Source of the DNA: Sphyrna mokarran
Lineage: Eukaryota
Assembly (NCBI GenBank): GCA_024679065.1
Contig: JAGIQG010000003.1
Span: 109,182,001-109,246,000 of the forward strand
DNA length: 64,000 bases
Direction of reading: 5' to 3'
In this document: in pieces, positions 27,632-39,680 of the stretch
Layout of the letters: every line of letters starts with the position of its first letter
How positions within the stretch are numbered: the stretch's first letter is position 1
Program-made: the position numbers and the translations under genes
The notes under the pieces: generated by a model
The model's database searches: none
Told to the model about the DNA's origin: nothing
The model's input: the letters and a program-made list of their open reading frames with translations, nothing else

Positions 27632-27980
27632 ATTGACTATGTCCACACTTCCCACTGCCTCGGCAAAGCAGCCAGCATAATTAAGGATTCCACACACCCC
27701 AGACGTTTTCTCTTCCCTCATCTTCTGCCGGGAAAAAGATACAAAATATGAGGTCACATACCAATTGACTCAAGAACATTTCTTCCCTGCTACCATCAGA
27801 CTTTTGAATAGACCTGTCTTGCATTAAGTTGATCTTTTTCTACTGTCTAGCTATGACTGTAACACTACATTCTGCACTCTCTCGTTTCCTTCTCTGTGAA
27901 TGGTACACTTGTCTGTATAGCATGCAAGAAACAATACCTTTCACTATGGAAATACATATGACAAAAAAATCAAATCATAT
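27632..27980 (+). mobile_element. Rex/Babar-type LINE 3' end
   Basis: Reverse-complement similarity to 1-310. Confidence 0.7.
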
Positions 27981-28121
27981 TTAGTCGTGCAGAAATCACT
28001 TCTTTGATGTAATGAATCCATGTCCTCCATAATACACTTTATATAATATCTCATGTGAAGAATCATTTTGTATCTTAATTAAGCTGCTTTTCAGCTAACT
28101 TTTGTGCTCTATTTCTTTCAG

Positions 28122-28227
28122 GCTGATTAAGGATGCTGGGATCAAGTTGCAGTCTCTCCTTCAGTCTGGAGTTGAGCAATATATTGCCTGGAATAGCACT
28201 TCTGTGCAGCTTGCAAGGGCTGCTGTT
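28122..28227 (+). CDS. ACOX2: ACOX2 exon
   Basis: tttcag acceptor; LIKDAGIKLQSLLQSGVEQYIAWNSTSVQLARAAV; gtaaga donor. Confidence 0.93.
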
Positions 28228-28970
28228 GTAAGATTATAGTTTAGATGTTCTAATTTTCTTGTTCAAGAAGCAGATATTAATTCATCCATAATTATCTTGT
28301 AGTTAGATTTCCTTTTGAATCACTTATTTTTCTTGCATAATAATGGAATAATAAATTTTCTTTTCAACTCGTTAGATACTGGTGTTGGTAGATAGGCCAG
28401 CATTATTGCCCATTGTTAATTGTGCTTGAACTGAGGGCATTTTTGAGATCAACTACATTATCATAGATTTGGAGTCACATGTAGGCTAGACCAGGTAAGG
28501 ATGACAGATTCCATTCCCTAAAAGGACATTTGTGAACCAAATGGGTCTTTACAGCATTGATGTCCATCTTTAAACTTTTAATTTCAGATTTTTTTTATTG
28601 AATTCAAATTTCACCATCTGTTGTGGTGAGATTTGAACCCAAGTTCCCAGAACCTTACCTAGATTTTTGATTGTTAGTCCAGCAACAATACCACTATGCC
28701 ACTACGAGCAACGGCTTTATTTATGACACTTGTATCACAAATTGATTTTATAAGGCAGAATACAAGAACTTTTTTAAAAAACATGTTGGAGTATGAGAGG
28801 AAAAATCACCAATAATCAGAACCTTGATTTATTTAGCAAAAGGAAACAAAATGTATATTTCGATTTCATGCATGGCATGATCCCATTGATAACACTGGAG
28901 GGAATTCCCTAAGCAGATTAATTGATGCATGAAGTTTCAACAACATACGTATGAACGGTTTACTTCCTGA

Positions 28971-29335
28971 TGATGTAGAGATGCCAGTGTTGGACTGGGG
29001 TAAACACAGTAACAAGTCTCACAACACCAAATAATATGAGCTGTGTAGCAAAATAGCATTGATTTGGTTATTTGTAGTCCAAATCTAAAGCACCCATGTT
29101 ATTAGGAAGTAAAAACAGTAAGAAGTCTCACAACACCAGGTTAGAGTCCAACCAGTTTATTTGATAGTAATCTTATAAGCTTTCGGAAAAGGTGTTCCTT
29201 CATCAGGTATGTGGAAGGTGCCATCTGACACCTTCCACATATCTGACGAAGGAACACTGTTTCCGAAAGCTTGTAAGATTACTATCAAATAAATTGGTTA
29301 GATTCTAACCTGGTGTTGTGAGACTTCTTACTGTT
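28971..29335. mobile_element. Short palindromic non-autonomous PLE derivative with two opposed hammerhead motifs
   Basis: Same terminal sequence as the PLEs (cagtaagaagtctcacaacaccagg...; gttggactggggtaaac); axis near 29224; CTGACGA..GAAAGCTT at 29243-29272 (+) and CTGATGA..GAAAGCTT at 29177-29206 (-). Confidence 0.85.
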
Positions 29336-29447
29336 TTTAATTCCTCATAACATGGGTGCTTTACATTTGGACTACAAATAACCAAATCAATGCTATTTTG
29401 CTACACAGCTCATATTATACCATCAAGCTCCATAATTTTTTCAACTT

Positions 29448-29537
29448 ATCACAGGTAGAAGTGGGAACATCGAGGTGGTGGCACGGGCTCGTTGGGCCGA
29501 AGGGCCTGTTTCCCGTGCTGTTTTGTTTTTTGTTCTT
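29448..29537 (+). mobile_element. Extreme 3' tail of the 20576/53933 LINE family
   Basis: Reverse complement of 20576-20667. Confidence 0.75.
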
Positions 29538-29933
29538 AAAATTCGACATCAGTGTTTTCACATTTCTGTTTTTACATTTTGTGTTGACTTTGTCAGTACG
29601 AGGAGGCATTGAAGAAAAACATATAGCTTGGAACAAGAAAATTAATTCAGATCAGCATACTTGTCTGGCACAAGATGCATCCAAAGAATTTTCTTTTTTT
29701 CTTTCAAATTTGGTGTTCCTTTCTGGAAAATTCCTGCTTCTCAACTGGATCTTTTAGCACTTGCCTGGTAAAATGATTTTTTGTACACAAATCCCTGGAT
29801 CTATGCATTAGCAAAGCAGTGAACTGCAAGTGAATTTGTTCACCCAGCCCTTTGTAGAGAGGAAATATATAATCTATTTTCAGGGTTCAGGGGTCTGTTT
29901 TATCTATACATGTTTTCTTTGATTTTTTTTCAG

Positions 29934-30151
29934 GCTCACTGCCATTATATACTTGTGAAGAACTTCGTTGAGACAATGGAAGGATTAAAGCTTGAGCCTG
30001 AAATTCAGCAAGTGATCAAAATGCTGTGTGATCTTTATGCCTTGACAGGCATTCTGGATAATGCTGGAGATTTCTTGTATGATGGTTTTATGACTGGAAA
30101 ACAGCTAGACTTGGTGACCGCCTGTCAACTGGATCTTCTAGCTCTTGTCCG
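29934..30151 (+). CDS. ACOX2: ACOX2 exon
   Basis: tttttcag acceptor; AHCHYILVKNFVE...LCDLYALTGILDNAGDFLYDG...LLALVR; gtaaaa donor. Confidence 0.95.
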
Positions 30152-30654
30152 GTAAAATGATTTCTTGTGCACAAGGAATTTAGAACATAGAACATAGAAT
30201 TTAAATGAGGAAAAGTATTTGGATGCATCTGGTGCATTATGCAAACTTTAATTAATAAGAATGAAAGATAAAGCAAAATTTTGCTAACAACTGCAGAGCA
30301 GACTTTGTTATCATAAACTGCAATCACCTGTTTTTGAATGTAAATGATCAGATCTGTTTTCACAATATGCAGAATGTACCATTTGCAACACCTCCTGTCT
30401 TAGAGCACGCTCAACTAATTGCTGCTGACTTAGTGCTGTTAAAAGTATGATCAACGATTTCATTCTGATGCATGCTTTATATTTGATAATTGAAAATGTT
30501 TAATGAATATTGCAAGATACAAAAATGAGAAAGAGTCTAGTATATGAGTTTAAAAATTTCTAGATAGTCCACTTAAAAAATGTTTGATCCAAAGACTACA
30601 TTAGCTGGAATCTTATTAGTTGTATGTACAGTTGTAAAGTTTATTGGAAAAACC

Positions 30655-31885
30655 AAGGATCACTCAGCTCCTGACCTCATTACAGCCTTAGTTCAGACAT
30701 GGACAAAAGGGCTGAATTCCAGAGATGAGGAGAGAGCGACAGCCTCTGACATCAAGGCCACATTCGACCGAGTGTGGCATCAAGGAGGCCTAGAGAAACT
30801 CAAACTGGGCATCTTTGAGCAGGTTATTGCTGAGCAGGTACTGTTTGGTAGCAGTATTAATAACCCCTTTCATTACTTTAATGGTGATGGAGAGTAGACT
30901 GATTGGGTGGTCATCTGGATTGGATTTGTCCTGCCTTGTGTGTACAGGACATACCTGGGCAATTTTCTACATTGTTGGATAGATTCCAGTGTTGTAACTG
31001 TACTGGAAGAGTTTGGCTAGGGGAGCAGAAGTTCTGCTTGTGCTACTATTTTCTTTCCAAAGTGAGTTTGCCAACATTTGATTTTCTGATCAAGAGATCT
31101 GTCCTAGAAGACTAGAGGGATCAGTGAGTATCGGAGGAAATTCACTGCTGGTTGGAGTCATAGCTGGCACATAGGAAGACATTTGTGGTTGTGGAGGCTC
31201 AGTCATCTCAGCCCCACGACATCTCTGCAGGAGTCCCTCAGGATCTGGAGATGCTGGCATTGGACTGGGGTAAACACAGTAAGGAGTCTCACAATACCAG
31301 GTTACAGTCCAACAAGTTTATTTGTAGTAAACCCCCCCCACCACCACACACACACACACAGCCTATCCATATCTACAAGGCACAAGTCAGGAGTGTGATG
31401 GAATACTCCTCACTTGCCTGGATGGATGAAGCTCCAACAACACTCAAGAAGCTTGACACCGTCTATGACAAAGCAGCCTGCTTTACTGGCATCGCATCTA
31501 CAACATTCAATTCCTCCATCACTGATGCTCAGTAGCAGCACTGTGTACTATCTACAAGATGCACTGCAGCAGTTCACCAAAGATCCTTAGACAGCATTTT
31601 CCAAACCCACGACCGCTTCTATCTAGAAGGAAAGGGCAGTAGATAAGTGGGAACACCATCTCTGCAAGTTCCCCTCTAAGCCACTCGCCATTTTGACTTG
31701 GAAATAGATCTCTATTTCTTTGCAGTTGCTGGGTCAAAATCCTGGAATTCACTCCCCACAGTGCTATAGGCCAACCTATGAACATGATTCAAGAAAGGGC
31801 TCACCAGTACCTTCTCAAGGGCAACTAGGGCATCATTGGTTGACCACTATTTATTGCCCATCCCATGTCCCATGAATGAATAAAA
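30655..31885 (+). mobile_element. Rearranged L2/CR1-superfamily LINE remnant
   Basis: HSAPDLITALVQTW...DIKATFDRVWHQG; AGVPQ; IYKAQVRSVMEYS peptides. Confidence 0.75.
31248..31330 (-). mobile_element. PLE terminal fragment nested in a LINE
   Basis: gagatgctggcattggactggggtaaacacagtaaggagtctcacaataccagg matches the termini at 28971 and 55197. Confidence 0.7.
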
Positions 31886-32032
31886 AAAAAAGTTGTTGTT
31901 CACTAATACTTTGTAGTATAGCTTATAGTAATGCACAAATAGAATTCCAAACCTCAGACTGTAGTCAGCAGTACCAATTGACATGTGTATTCCTAATATA
32001 CATACAATGAATGTATAAAACTGTTTCTTTAG

Positions 32033-32165
32033 GAAGAATGCTGTCTCCATAACGGATGCATTTGATTATCCTGACAAACAGCTGAATTCTGCTATTGGTA
32101 ACTACGATGGCTATGTTTATGAACGCCTCTACGAATGGGCTCAGAAAGCTCCCACAAATGCAAAG
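32033..32165 (+). CDS. ACOX2: ACOX2 exon
   Basis: ctttag acceptor; KNAVSITDAFDYPDKQLNSAIGNYDGYVYERLYEWAQKAPTNAK; gtactt donor. Confidence 0.95.
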
Positions 32166-33311
32166 GTACTTCAAGCTTCATTTGTTGGTAACTATAGTAC
32201 ATACAACATTCTCAGTGATGTTTCCTAGGAAGATTTCCTTTGAGCACTAACTCTAGTGAAATCAGAAAAATCCGCTTCTTTTCTCAATCTCCCTTCACTC
32301 TTGTCTTAGCCAATCACCCTCAAATGCCAAGAACATTTTCTTTTTAAATGTAATTTAGTGCTGCATTTTCTGTGATTATAAAATTTATAAACTGCTGCAC
32401 TTACTGGAGGAAAGAATTTTGCATTTGGTAACTTGGGACTTTTGTACTACTGGTGTAAACCATGAAACCACTAACCAACGTTAACTTAAGTTATTAAATA
32501 CAAACATTAACTGCCAATGTCACTCCACATTTCGCCCCTAAAAATAGAGGAAGGGATGGAATCAAATTGACCCAAGACAAATCTGGTACAGTTCTACTTC
32601 AAAATTTACATTGTCTTGTCCAAACAATGATATTTGTTTTTTTTTCAGGCCCATGTTTGCATAGGTATGACATAAATTATGCTGATTTTATATCTGTATA
32701 AGCTTGACCACTAACATAGCAAACTGTAAATTCAGATACATTCTTCTTGCAATTCCCCCTTTTGTTTTTGGCAAGTACACATCGAAATACCCAGTTTGTA
32801 TTGCTGGTGAACCCAAATAAGTACATAATATAGAGTATAGCAGAGTGGATTAGTAAGTTCTCCTCTCATTTCATAAGATCTATTAAATGCCAGTTCAGTC
32901 ACCAATCTTGCTACTATACATGCTGATTTTGTATTTTCAAAGTCAATATGAAAGAGAAAAAATGTGCATTTACGTAATGTCGCATGCTGACGTGTTAAAG
33001 GTACTTTACAGCCAATTAAATATTTTTGAAGCATAATCCTATCTGCTTTTCTGGGCATGTGCAGAAGCCAAGTTGTGCATACGAGTCCCATGAACAACAA
33101 CAAAATTAATTAACAGTTAGTTTGTTCTGATTTCATGTGTATAAGGGATAGATTGTGACCGGCATATTAGCAGAACTCTCCAATTTTAACCACTGGACAC
33201 TGGTTTTATGTCTCATTTGAAATATAGCACCTAATAGTGCAGCACTTCCTCAGTACTGTGCTACTGTCATCTCAGATTATGTATTCAAGACTTGGAGTCA
33301 GGTTTGAATAC

Positions 33312-33570
33312 ATTGGTTAGTACTGCTGCCTCAGCGCCAGGGACCTGGGTTCAATTCCCAGCTTGGGGTCAATGTGTGGAGTCTGCAGGTTTTCCCTGTG
33401 TCTGCATAGGTTTTCTCTGGGTGCTCCGATTTCCTCCCACAGTGTGAAAGATGTGCTGATTAGGTGCATTGACTATGCTAAATTCCACTTTTGTGTACCC
33501 AAATAGGCACCAGAGCATGGCAGCCAGAGGATTTCACAATAACTTAATTCCAGTGTTAATATAAGACATT
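33312..33570 (+). mobile_element. HE1/V-type SINE
   Basis: ggttagtactgctgcctc..gggttcaattccc head and central domain. Confidence 0.75.
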
Positions 33571-34891
33571 TAATCAGTTGGAGAACTATCACCAAGCCAA
33601 GGCGAACATATATTATCAAGAAGAAGAGAATTTGCAGGGCTAATGGGAAAGAGCCAGTGAATGGGATTAATAGCTCTTTCATTGATCAGATATGGTGGGT
33701 TGAAAGCCACTTCATGTGCTGCTATATCATTCTATGATTTAGTAATGTTTTGCATTGAATTCCACTGAGTTACTTTCCCACTACGAATGAGATAGTTTCT
33801 GCATCCTTTTCCTTTCTTGCAAATTAGTTTTTATTTGCACAAACATAAATGAAATTCTAAATTATGTTGAACAGTAGATGGGATCAGTCCAGACATTGGC
33901 AGAAGGGAAAATTGAGATATTTGTGCTCAAAATCATGACAGGCCAGGACAGTGTAGCGAGAGAGCAACTGTTCCTGTTGGTGGAAGGATCCTGAATCAGT
34001 GGATGCTAATTTGAAGTGATTAGTAAAATAAGCAACAGGAGAAAATTTTTTTATACAGCAAGTGGTTAAGGATCTGGAATGTACTACCTGATGCTACAGT
34101 TGAGACAGATTTAACCATAGCCTTTAAAAGGGAATTGGATCATTATTTAAAGAGGAAAAGACTTGCAGGCCTAGAGGGAAAGGTGCAGGAGTAAGCCTAG
34201 CTAAGTTGCTCTTGCAGAGCCAGCATAGACGTATTGGATTTTATGATTCAAGATCCACAAAGGTTGTTACAAAACAACCTTCGGGCTTCAGCTATCTCTG
34301 TCAGGTAACGTGAAGTAATTTGGCAATCCTGTGCTACCTGCAAGGCTTGGTGCTAAGGATGCATTTTGATTATCACAGGGATACAGAACAATTTTACAAG
34401 AATGTGCAATACATGAGATGTTAGAATCACCTCATATTAAGCTGCACTGCTAATTGTTTTTGTTCTTGTATATAATGTACTTAAATATCATAAAAGTTGC
34501 TACATGTTCAACCATATAAACTGGTTTAATTTGATTTTGCTCTCTGGATATGCATTCAAAACAAATTATATTTTGATTTTAGTCACATTCATATACAGTG
34601 AAAAGTATTTTTTTTATGCACTGTACTAACATACTGTACATAGGAGAGAGTGCAGAATGAAGTGTTATAGTCATAGTCAGGGTGTAGAAAAAGATAACCT
34701 TAATGCTCAGTAGGTCCATTCAAAAGTCTGATGGCATCAAGGAAGCTATTCTTGAGTCAGTTGGTACATGTCCTTGAACTCTTGCATCTTTTTCTTGATG
34801 GAACGTGGAGTTTGGATGCAGAGATTAAGATGTAGTAATTCTTTTAATTTACAGTGGTCACTTAAAAAGTTTACTGATTTTGTTTCCACAG

Positions 34892-34954
34892 GTTAATCAC
34901 GCATATGAAAAATACCTGAAATCTCACTTTCAATTAGCACAATCCAAGCTGTAA
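34892..34954 (+). CDS. ACOX2: ACOX2 last coding exon with PTS1
   Basis: ccacag acceptor; VNHAYEKYLKSHFQLAQSKL*; C-terminal SKL peroxisomal targeting signal. The 13 exons sum to 1874 nt in one open frame. ACOX2 rather than ACOX1 is supported by KCTD6/PDHB synteny. Confidence 0.94.
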   Translation, partial: VNHAYEKYLKSHFQLAQSKL

Positions 34955-35837
34955 TACTGTTCTGCATTGTTTGTAATTTGTGGTTAAAGCTATGTAAACA
35001 GCACGGAATACTAATGATCATAAATGGCAGAGAATATTAACAGCCATTTTATTCACAAAAATGTAAGTATAATGAAAAAAATCAGTTATTAATCTAAGGT
35101 TCAACATGTTAATGTTTATCTTGTACTTGTTTTCAGATGAATGTACTAATTTTAATTGAATTTTAGACATCAATGCCTGGACTATTGCACTTATATTCAG
35201 CAAATTACAGATATATTTTTTATTTTTGTGGTTAATGTTGCAAAATATTTTCTGCATTTGGGCATTTTAGTAATGTCAGACTTTATTACATAAACCCAAG
35301 AAATTTTTTTTTCCATTACCAACAATATTTGAGAACTAAATATAACATTTAAGGCATATAGTTGCATTTCTCTTCCTTCCCTATCAAATCTTCTCACCTG
35401 CATTTTATACTGGGTTATAGTTGCACAGACACTTGTCTTTTTGAAGTATATTTGCAGATCAGGAAGATAGAACACAAATTCTCCAGTGGATTTAACAAAT
35501 TTCACTTCAGTTGAAATTCTGATCTTGCAAATGTATGTCAGATTGTTGATCAAAATGCCCAACCAACACTTGGGAGAGCTGATGTGTCATACATGAGAGA
35601 ACTATACAACAGACTATCTAGATTGAAGAAATTTAAAACAGCAGAACCTAAAATCAGAGAGCTGAACAGAAATTCATGATTCAATAATAAAGTCACTTTT
35701 ACAACTATCTGGTTATTGTCAAGAATTGTCAATTCAATACTATGTTTAAGGTAATAGCAGAATTACTGTTTCTTGTGTGTTTACCTACACCTCAAGGATT
35801 GCAGCAGTTCAAGAAGATAGCTCACACCTAGGGATAG

Positions 35838-36180
35838 AGTCATAGAGGTTTACAGTATGGAAAACAGGCCCTTTGGCCCAACTTGTCTATGCTACCTTTT
35901 TTTTAAATCCCCAAGCTAATCCTAATTGCCTGCATTTGACCCATCTCTCTCTATACCCATGTAACTGTCTAAATGTTTTCAAAAGACAATTATACCCACC
36001 CTTACTGGTACCTCTGCCAACTTGTTCCAGACATTCTCCACCCTCTGCATTAAAAAATTGCCCCTCTGGACACTTCTGTATCTCCCACCTCTCTCCTTAA
36101 ACCTATGCCCTCTTGTTTTAGACTCACCTACCTTTGGGAAAAGATATTGACTAACTCGCTGATCTGTGGCCCTCATTATT
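35838..36180 (-). mobile_element. CR1-type LINE 3' end
   Basis: LFPKVGESKTRGHRFKERG...QRVENVWNKL. Confidence 0.7.
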
Positions 36181-37783
36181 TCTGCATACTTTCTTCAAAA
36201 GTTTCTGCTCTACTGTCCAATCCTTAATGGACTGCCCACCCTCTTACAGATGCCATAGAGCCATTCTTTCTGGTTGCATCACATAAATGTTGGCCTCACC
36301 AGTGATATTCACAGCCATAGAATTCCTACAATGCAGCAAAAGGTCACCTGGCCCATTGAATCTGCATCAGATCAGGAGCAGGGGTGGGGGAGGTGGTGGT
36401 GGTGATAGTGAAGTGTTGAAACCAGAAGTGGAGGCATGTATCATAAGAGGAAGCAGATTTATGATTGAGTTGAGGAGGAACTTCTTCACCCAGTAGATTC
36501 CCTGCCCAGCTAAGCAGTTGAGGTCACGTCATTGAATGATTTTACAAGAGTTAACATTTTTAACAATAAAAGAATCAAGGGTTATGGGCAGATAAATGGA
36601 GCCTAGTCCATAAAAAGATCAGCCATGATTTCACTGAAGGGCAAAAACCAGGCTCAGGGGGCCAGGTGGCCTACTCCTGCTCCTAGTTCTTATGACTCCA
36701 CAACAGTATCCTACCCACGTCCTTCCCTCCACAACATTCTTAAGAGGCAATTTTTAGGATTGCCAAATTTTCAATTAATTAAAAATATGAATCCCATTCA
36801 GTTCAAAATTCCAAACTTATCAAATAAATTACTTTGAATAATATTGCTTCACCTAAAAGAATAAATGAATTTACAACCCATTCTGCTTGGTGAATCTTCA
36901 TTCAGCGTCTTTATCAGTCTTAAAATGACATTGGCTATGATTTAAGCATGAACTTAGCATCTTTAGTTTGCAACAAAAATTCTCAATTATTGTGGTCACG
37001 TGTGAATAAAATTACTCATCTCAGCTACACAATGCAGGTAAGGACAAAAGGCTCATTAAATCTCAATGCTACAAAGGTTTACTCGTAATGCAAAAGAAAT
37101 ACAAATAAACATCTGTTTAGTTTCTGTACAAACATCAATTCAAATTAAAACTATCACATTGCACAATTTGAATGTGAACTGTTTCTGATAGCATTTTTGA
37201 TTCTTAAAGCTTCAAAGTTTTGGTTAAAGAAAATGGAGCATTTGGTCCGATTCTAAAAATGACCAATTTGCTGTAAAATTAAGAATTTTACAATGGTCAA
37301 ACATATTAAACTCGCAAGTGTATCATATAAAATCTCCCAAATTTAAAAGTTAGCTTATTTTATTAATTTTAAATACATATTACTGATCAGGTAGATTTTA
37401 TACATCAAAACCTTTAATTAGATAAGAAACATACACAAACAGTAGATTTTGATAATCTAACATTTATTTCATAAGTACATGTAGAGAACAAATGAGGAAA
37501 AGCTACATCATTTTCACATTTTCCATAAATTTAAAATCTATTATACTGTTAAAAAGTTAATCATAAAACTGCAAAGGAATCTTATACATTTAATACTTAA
37601 CAGCATCATTTGGTTACATTATGCATCGGAATACTTTACTATTTTACAAAATGTAACTTTACAATAGAAGTTATAGAACTTAGAAATCAGTACATGGTTA
37701 CCTGGGTATTCAATTAAATTGTGCCATATAGTGATCCATTACAGTCCATCACATGGTTACATGTATTAGCATTGTAAAGATAG

Positions 37784-38470
37784 TCAATCTTCAATTTTTC
37801 GTGCCAGTCTACAAAAGGTCCAATTGTGTTCCACAGTATTCTCATTTGCTCTTTCACTCATATGATGTACCCTTGTCATTTTGATGGTAAAGCCTTGCTT
37901 TGCAATGTATTCCATCAGATGAACACGAAGAGACACCTCCTGGTGATAATCACAGGGTCCAAATGTGAATGACACCTGGAAGTCTCTGGTATCCATCATG
38001 TGTTTATTCCATTTTGTGAAATGGTTTGAGATACCCTCCAGCAGCGAGTGAACTTTAGTAGTTATAGTCAGTTGTGTAATTATAACAGCTACTGGATTTG
38101 AATATTTGGAAAGCTTGCGGGTGCTGGACAGTTCCACCACCTCCTCAAATGTATCTAAGGAGTAAAGGGGCTTGGGGTCATTCAGACAGTGAATCAAAGG
38201 CTCTATCTGATAGAAGTCAGCCTCTTTCCTCAGGAGATCGATTTCTTTAAAGCCATGAGGTAATGTTAGAGCTGCAGTCCTTAAAAAATTCAAGATATAT
38301 CTGAAGAGAGGTCCATCTCTATCAATGAAATAGTTTCCTTGAGAGTCTTTGGCAGTGGGAAAATCTCCCCTAAACATTACTCCTAACATGGAGTCTGGAT
38401 ATCTAGTTAGTGTAGATATTGATGTTGAATACAAATGTCCTCCTACATTAAGGGTGACTGGATCAGCCAT
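37784..38470 (-). CDS. KCTD6: BTB/POZ-domain protein KCTD6, main coding exon
   Basis: DPVTLNVGGHLYSTS...YFIDRDGPLFRYILNFLRT BTB domain; C-terminus HHMSERANENTVEHNWTFCRLARK; ATG directly follows a tttcatttcag acceptor. Confidence 0.97.
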   Translation of the reverse strand: MADPVTLNVGGHLYSTSISTLTRYPDSMLGVMFRGDFPTAKDSQGNYFIDRDGPLFRYILNFLRTAALTLPHGFKEIDLLRKEADFYQIEPLIHCLNDPKPLYSLDTFEEVVELSSTRKLSKYSNPVAVIITQLTITTKVHSLLEGISNHFTKWNKHMMDTRDFQVSFTFGPCDYHQEVSLRVHLMEYIAKQGFTIKMTRVHHMSERANENTVEHNWTFCRLARKIED

Positions 38471-39169
38471 CTGAAATGAAAAAAAACTAGGATATGAATA
38501 GTTATCTCACAAATGTTTTGTCCCTATTATATTCAAACAGTCAAACCGAACTGTCGTACCTAATTTATATATAACTGAAACCTTTTTCAGTGTGTTTAAA
38601 TTTATTCAATCCCCAAGCACTATTTTGCTGGGGGAAAAAAAAACTCTTACCCACACAATTTAGGGGATCTGTGGTGCAACGGACGTCCCAAGAACGGCTA
38701 ATATTGAAATTCCAACCATGGGACACATCATTCACATTAAATACATCATTCTTACCCATTCGTGTTTTAAAGTTTTTTTCCACACACCCAAACTCAAATA
38801 TTACTATTAGTATGCTCAAGACTGACAGACAATTAGATCACTACAATATACTAATGTACCAGGGGATAACAATGTCCATAAAAACAATGCTGTGGAAATC
38901 TGAAATATAAGCAATGTTCAGGCATATTCATTAACATAAATCATGTTTTTTCCCGTCACTTTATCTCATCTTAACAAGATTGCTGAAGCCGAATGGGCGG
39001 GTAAATATTAATATATAATGCAAAATGAATCCATTTGCTACAATAGCTCCCTGGTTCAGGCACGGAGGGGGGGGGGGGGCGGTTAGTTCTTGGAGACGAG
39101 TCTTTCAGACGTGAAGCCAGACTGTGTTTCCCAATCTGTTTTCCCTCCTGACATGAGCTCAAACATCAG

Positions 39170-39680
39170 ATTAGGTGGGTGCCGAGGCAGCGGCAGGGAC
39201 AAGAGCCCGCCTCTCGGCGTTACTGACACCAGCCAGCAGCAGCCACAGCCTCGGTGTTCAGCGTCGGCCGGCTCACCGAACGGGCGCCACGCAGCACCTC
39301 CGGCTCGGTCCCGAAACCAAGCCCCGGGTCTGTCCGGCCACAGCGCGGCCCACTACTCCACACACACACACACACACAACTTAGCCACTCCCGCACGCCA
39401 GCGAGAGGCAATCCTCAGTCAGAGTGAGGGTAGCCCCCGCCGCCCTGGCCTCACCGCCTGTTCCCAGTCTCCATTATCCATCCGCTCCGCTCTCTCCGAT
39501 CCGAAACTCCGCACTCTCCCCGCAGCAGGCACGGAGATCGATCGATCTCTCCGCGCAGCCACACCACCGAGCGCCAGCTTCGTGCGCACACGCAAGCAAC
39601 GAGCATGCGTACTGGGGGGGGGAAGAGAGCGAAGTGTGTCATTTTGAATTGGGTGCCGCCATCTTTGGTATAGGCAGAGC
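39170..39680 (-). promoter_or_regulatory. CpG island / KCTD6 promoter and 5' region
   Basis: Sharp GC and CpG enrichment against an AT-rich background; YY1-like gccgccatcttt at 39655-39666; NRF1-like gcatgcg near 39603. Confidence 0.75.
39455..39481 (-). CDS. KCTD6: KCTD6 first coding exon (MDNGDWEQA)
   Basis: ATG GAT AAT GGA GAC TGG GAA CAG GCG|gtgagg; resembles the vertebrate KCTD6 N-terminus MDNGDW; phase 0 join gives 237 aa. Confidence 0.92.

Noticed and set aside
30180-30200. (agaacat)n short repeat after an ACOX2 exon
   Set aside because: Matches the CR1 microsatellite tail; too short to call more than an orphan tail
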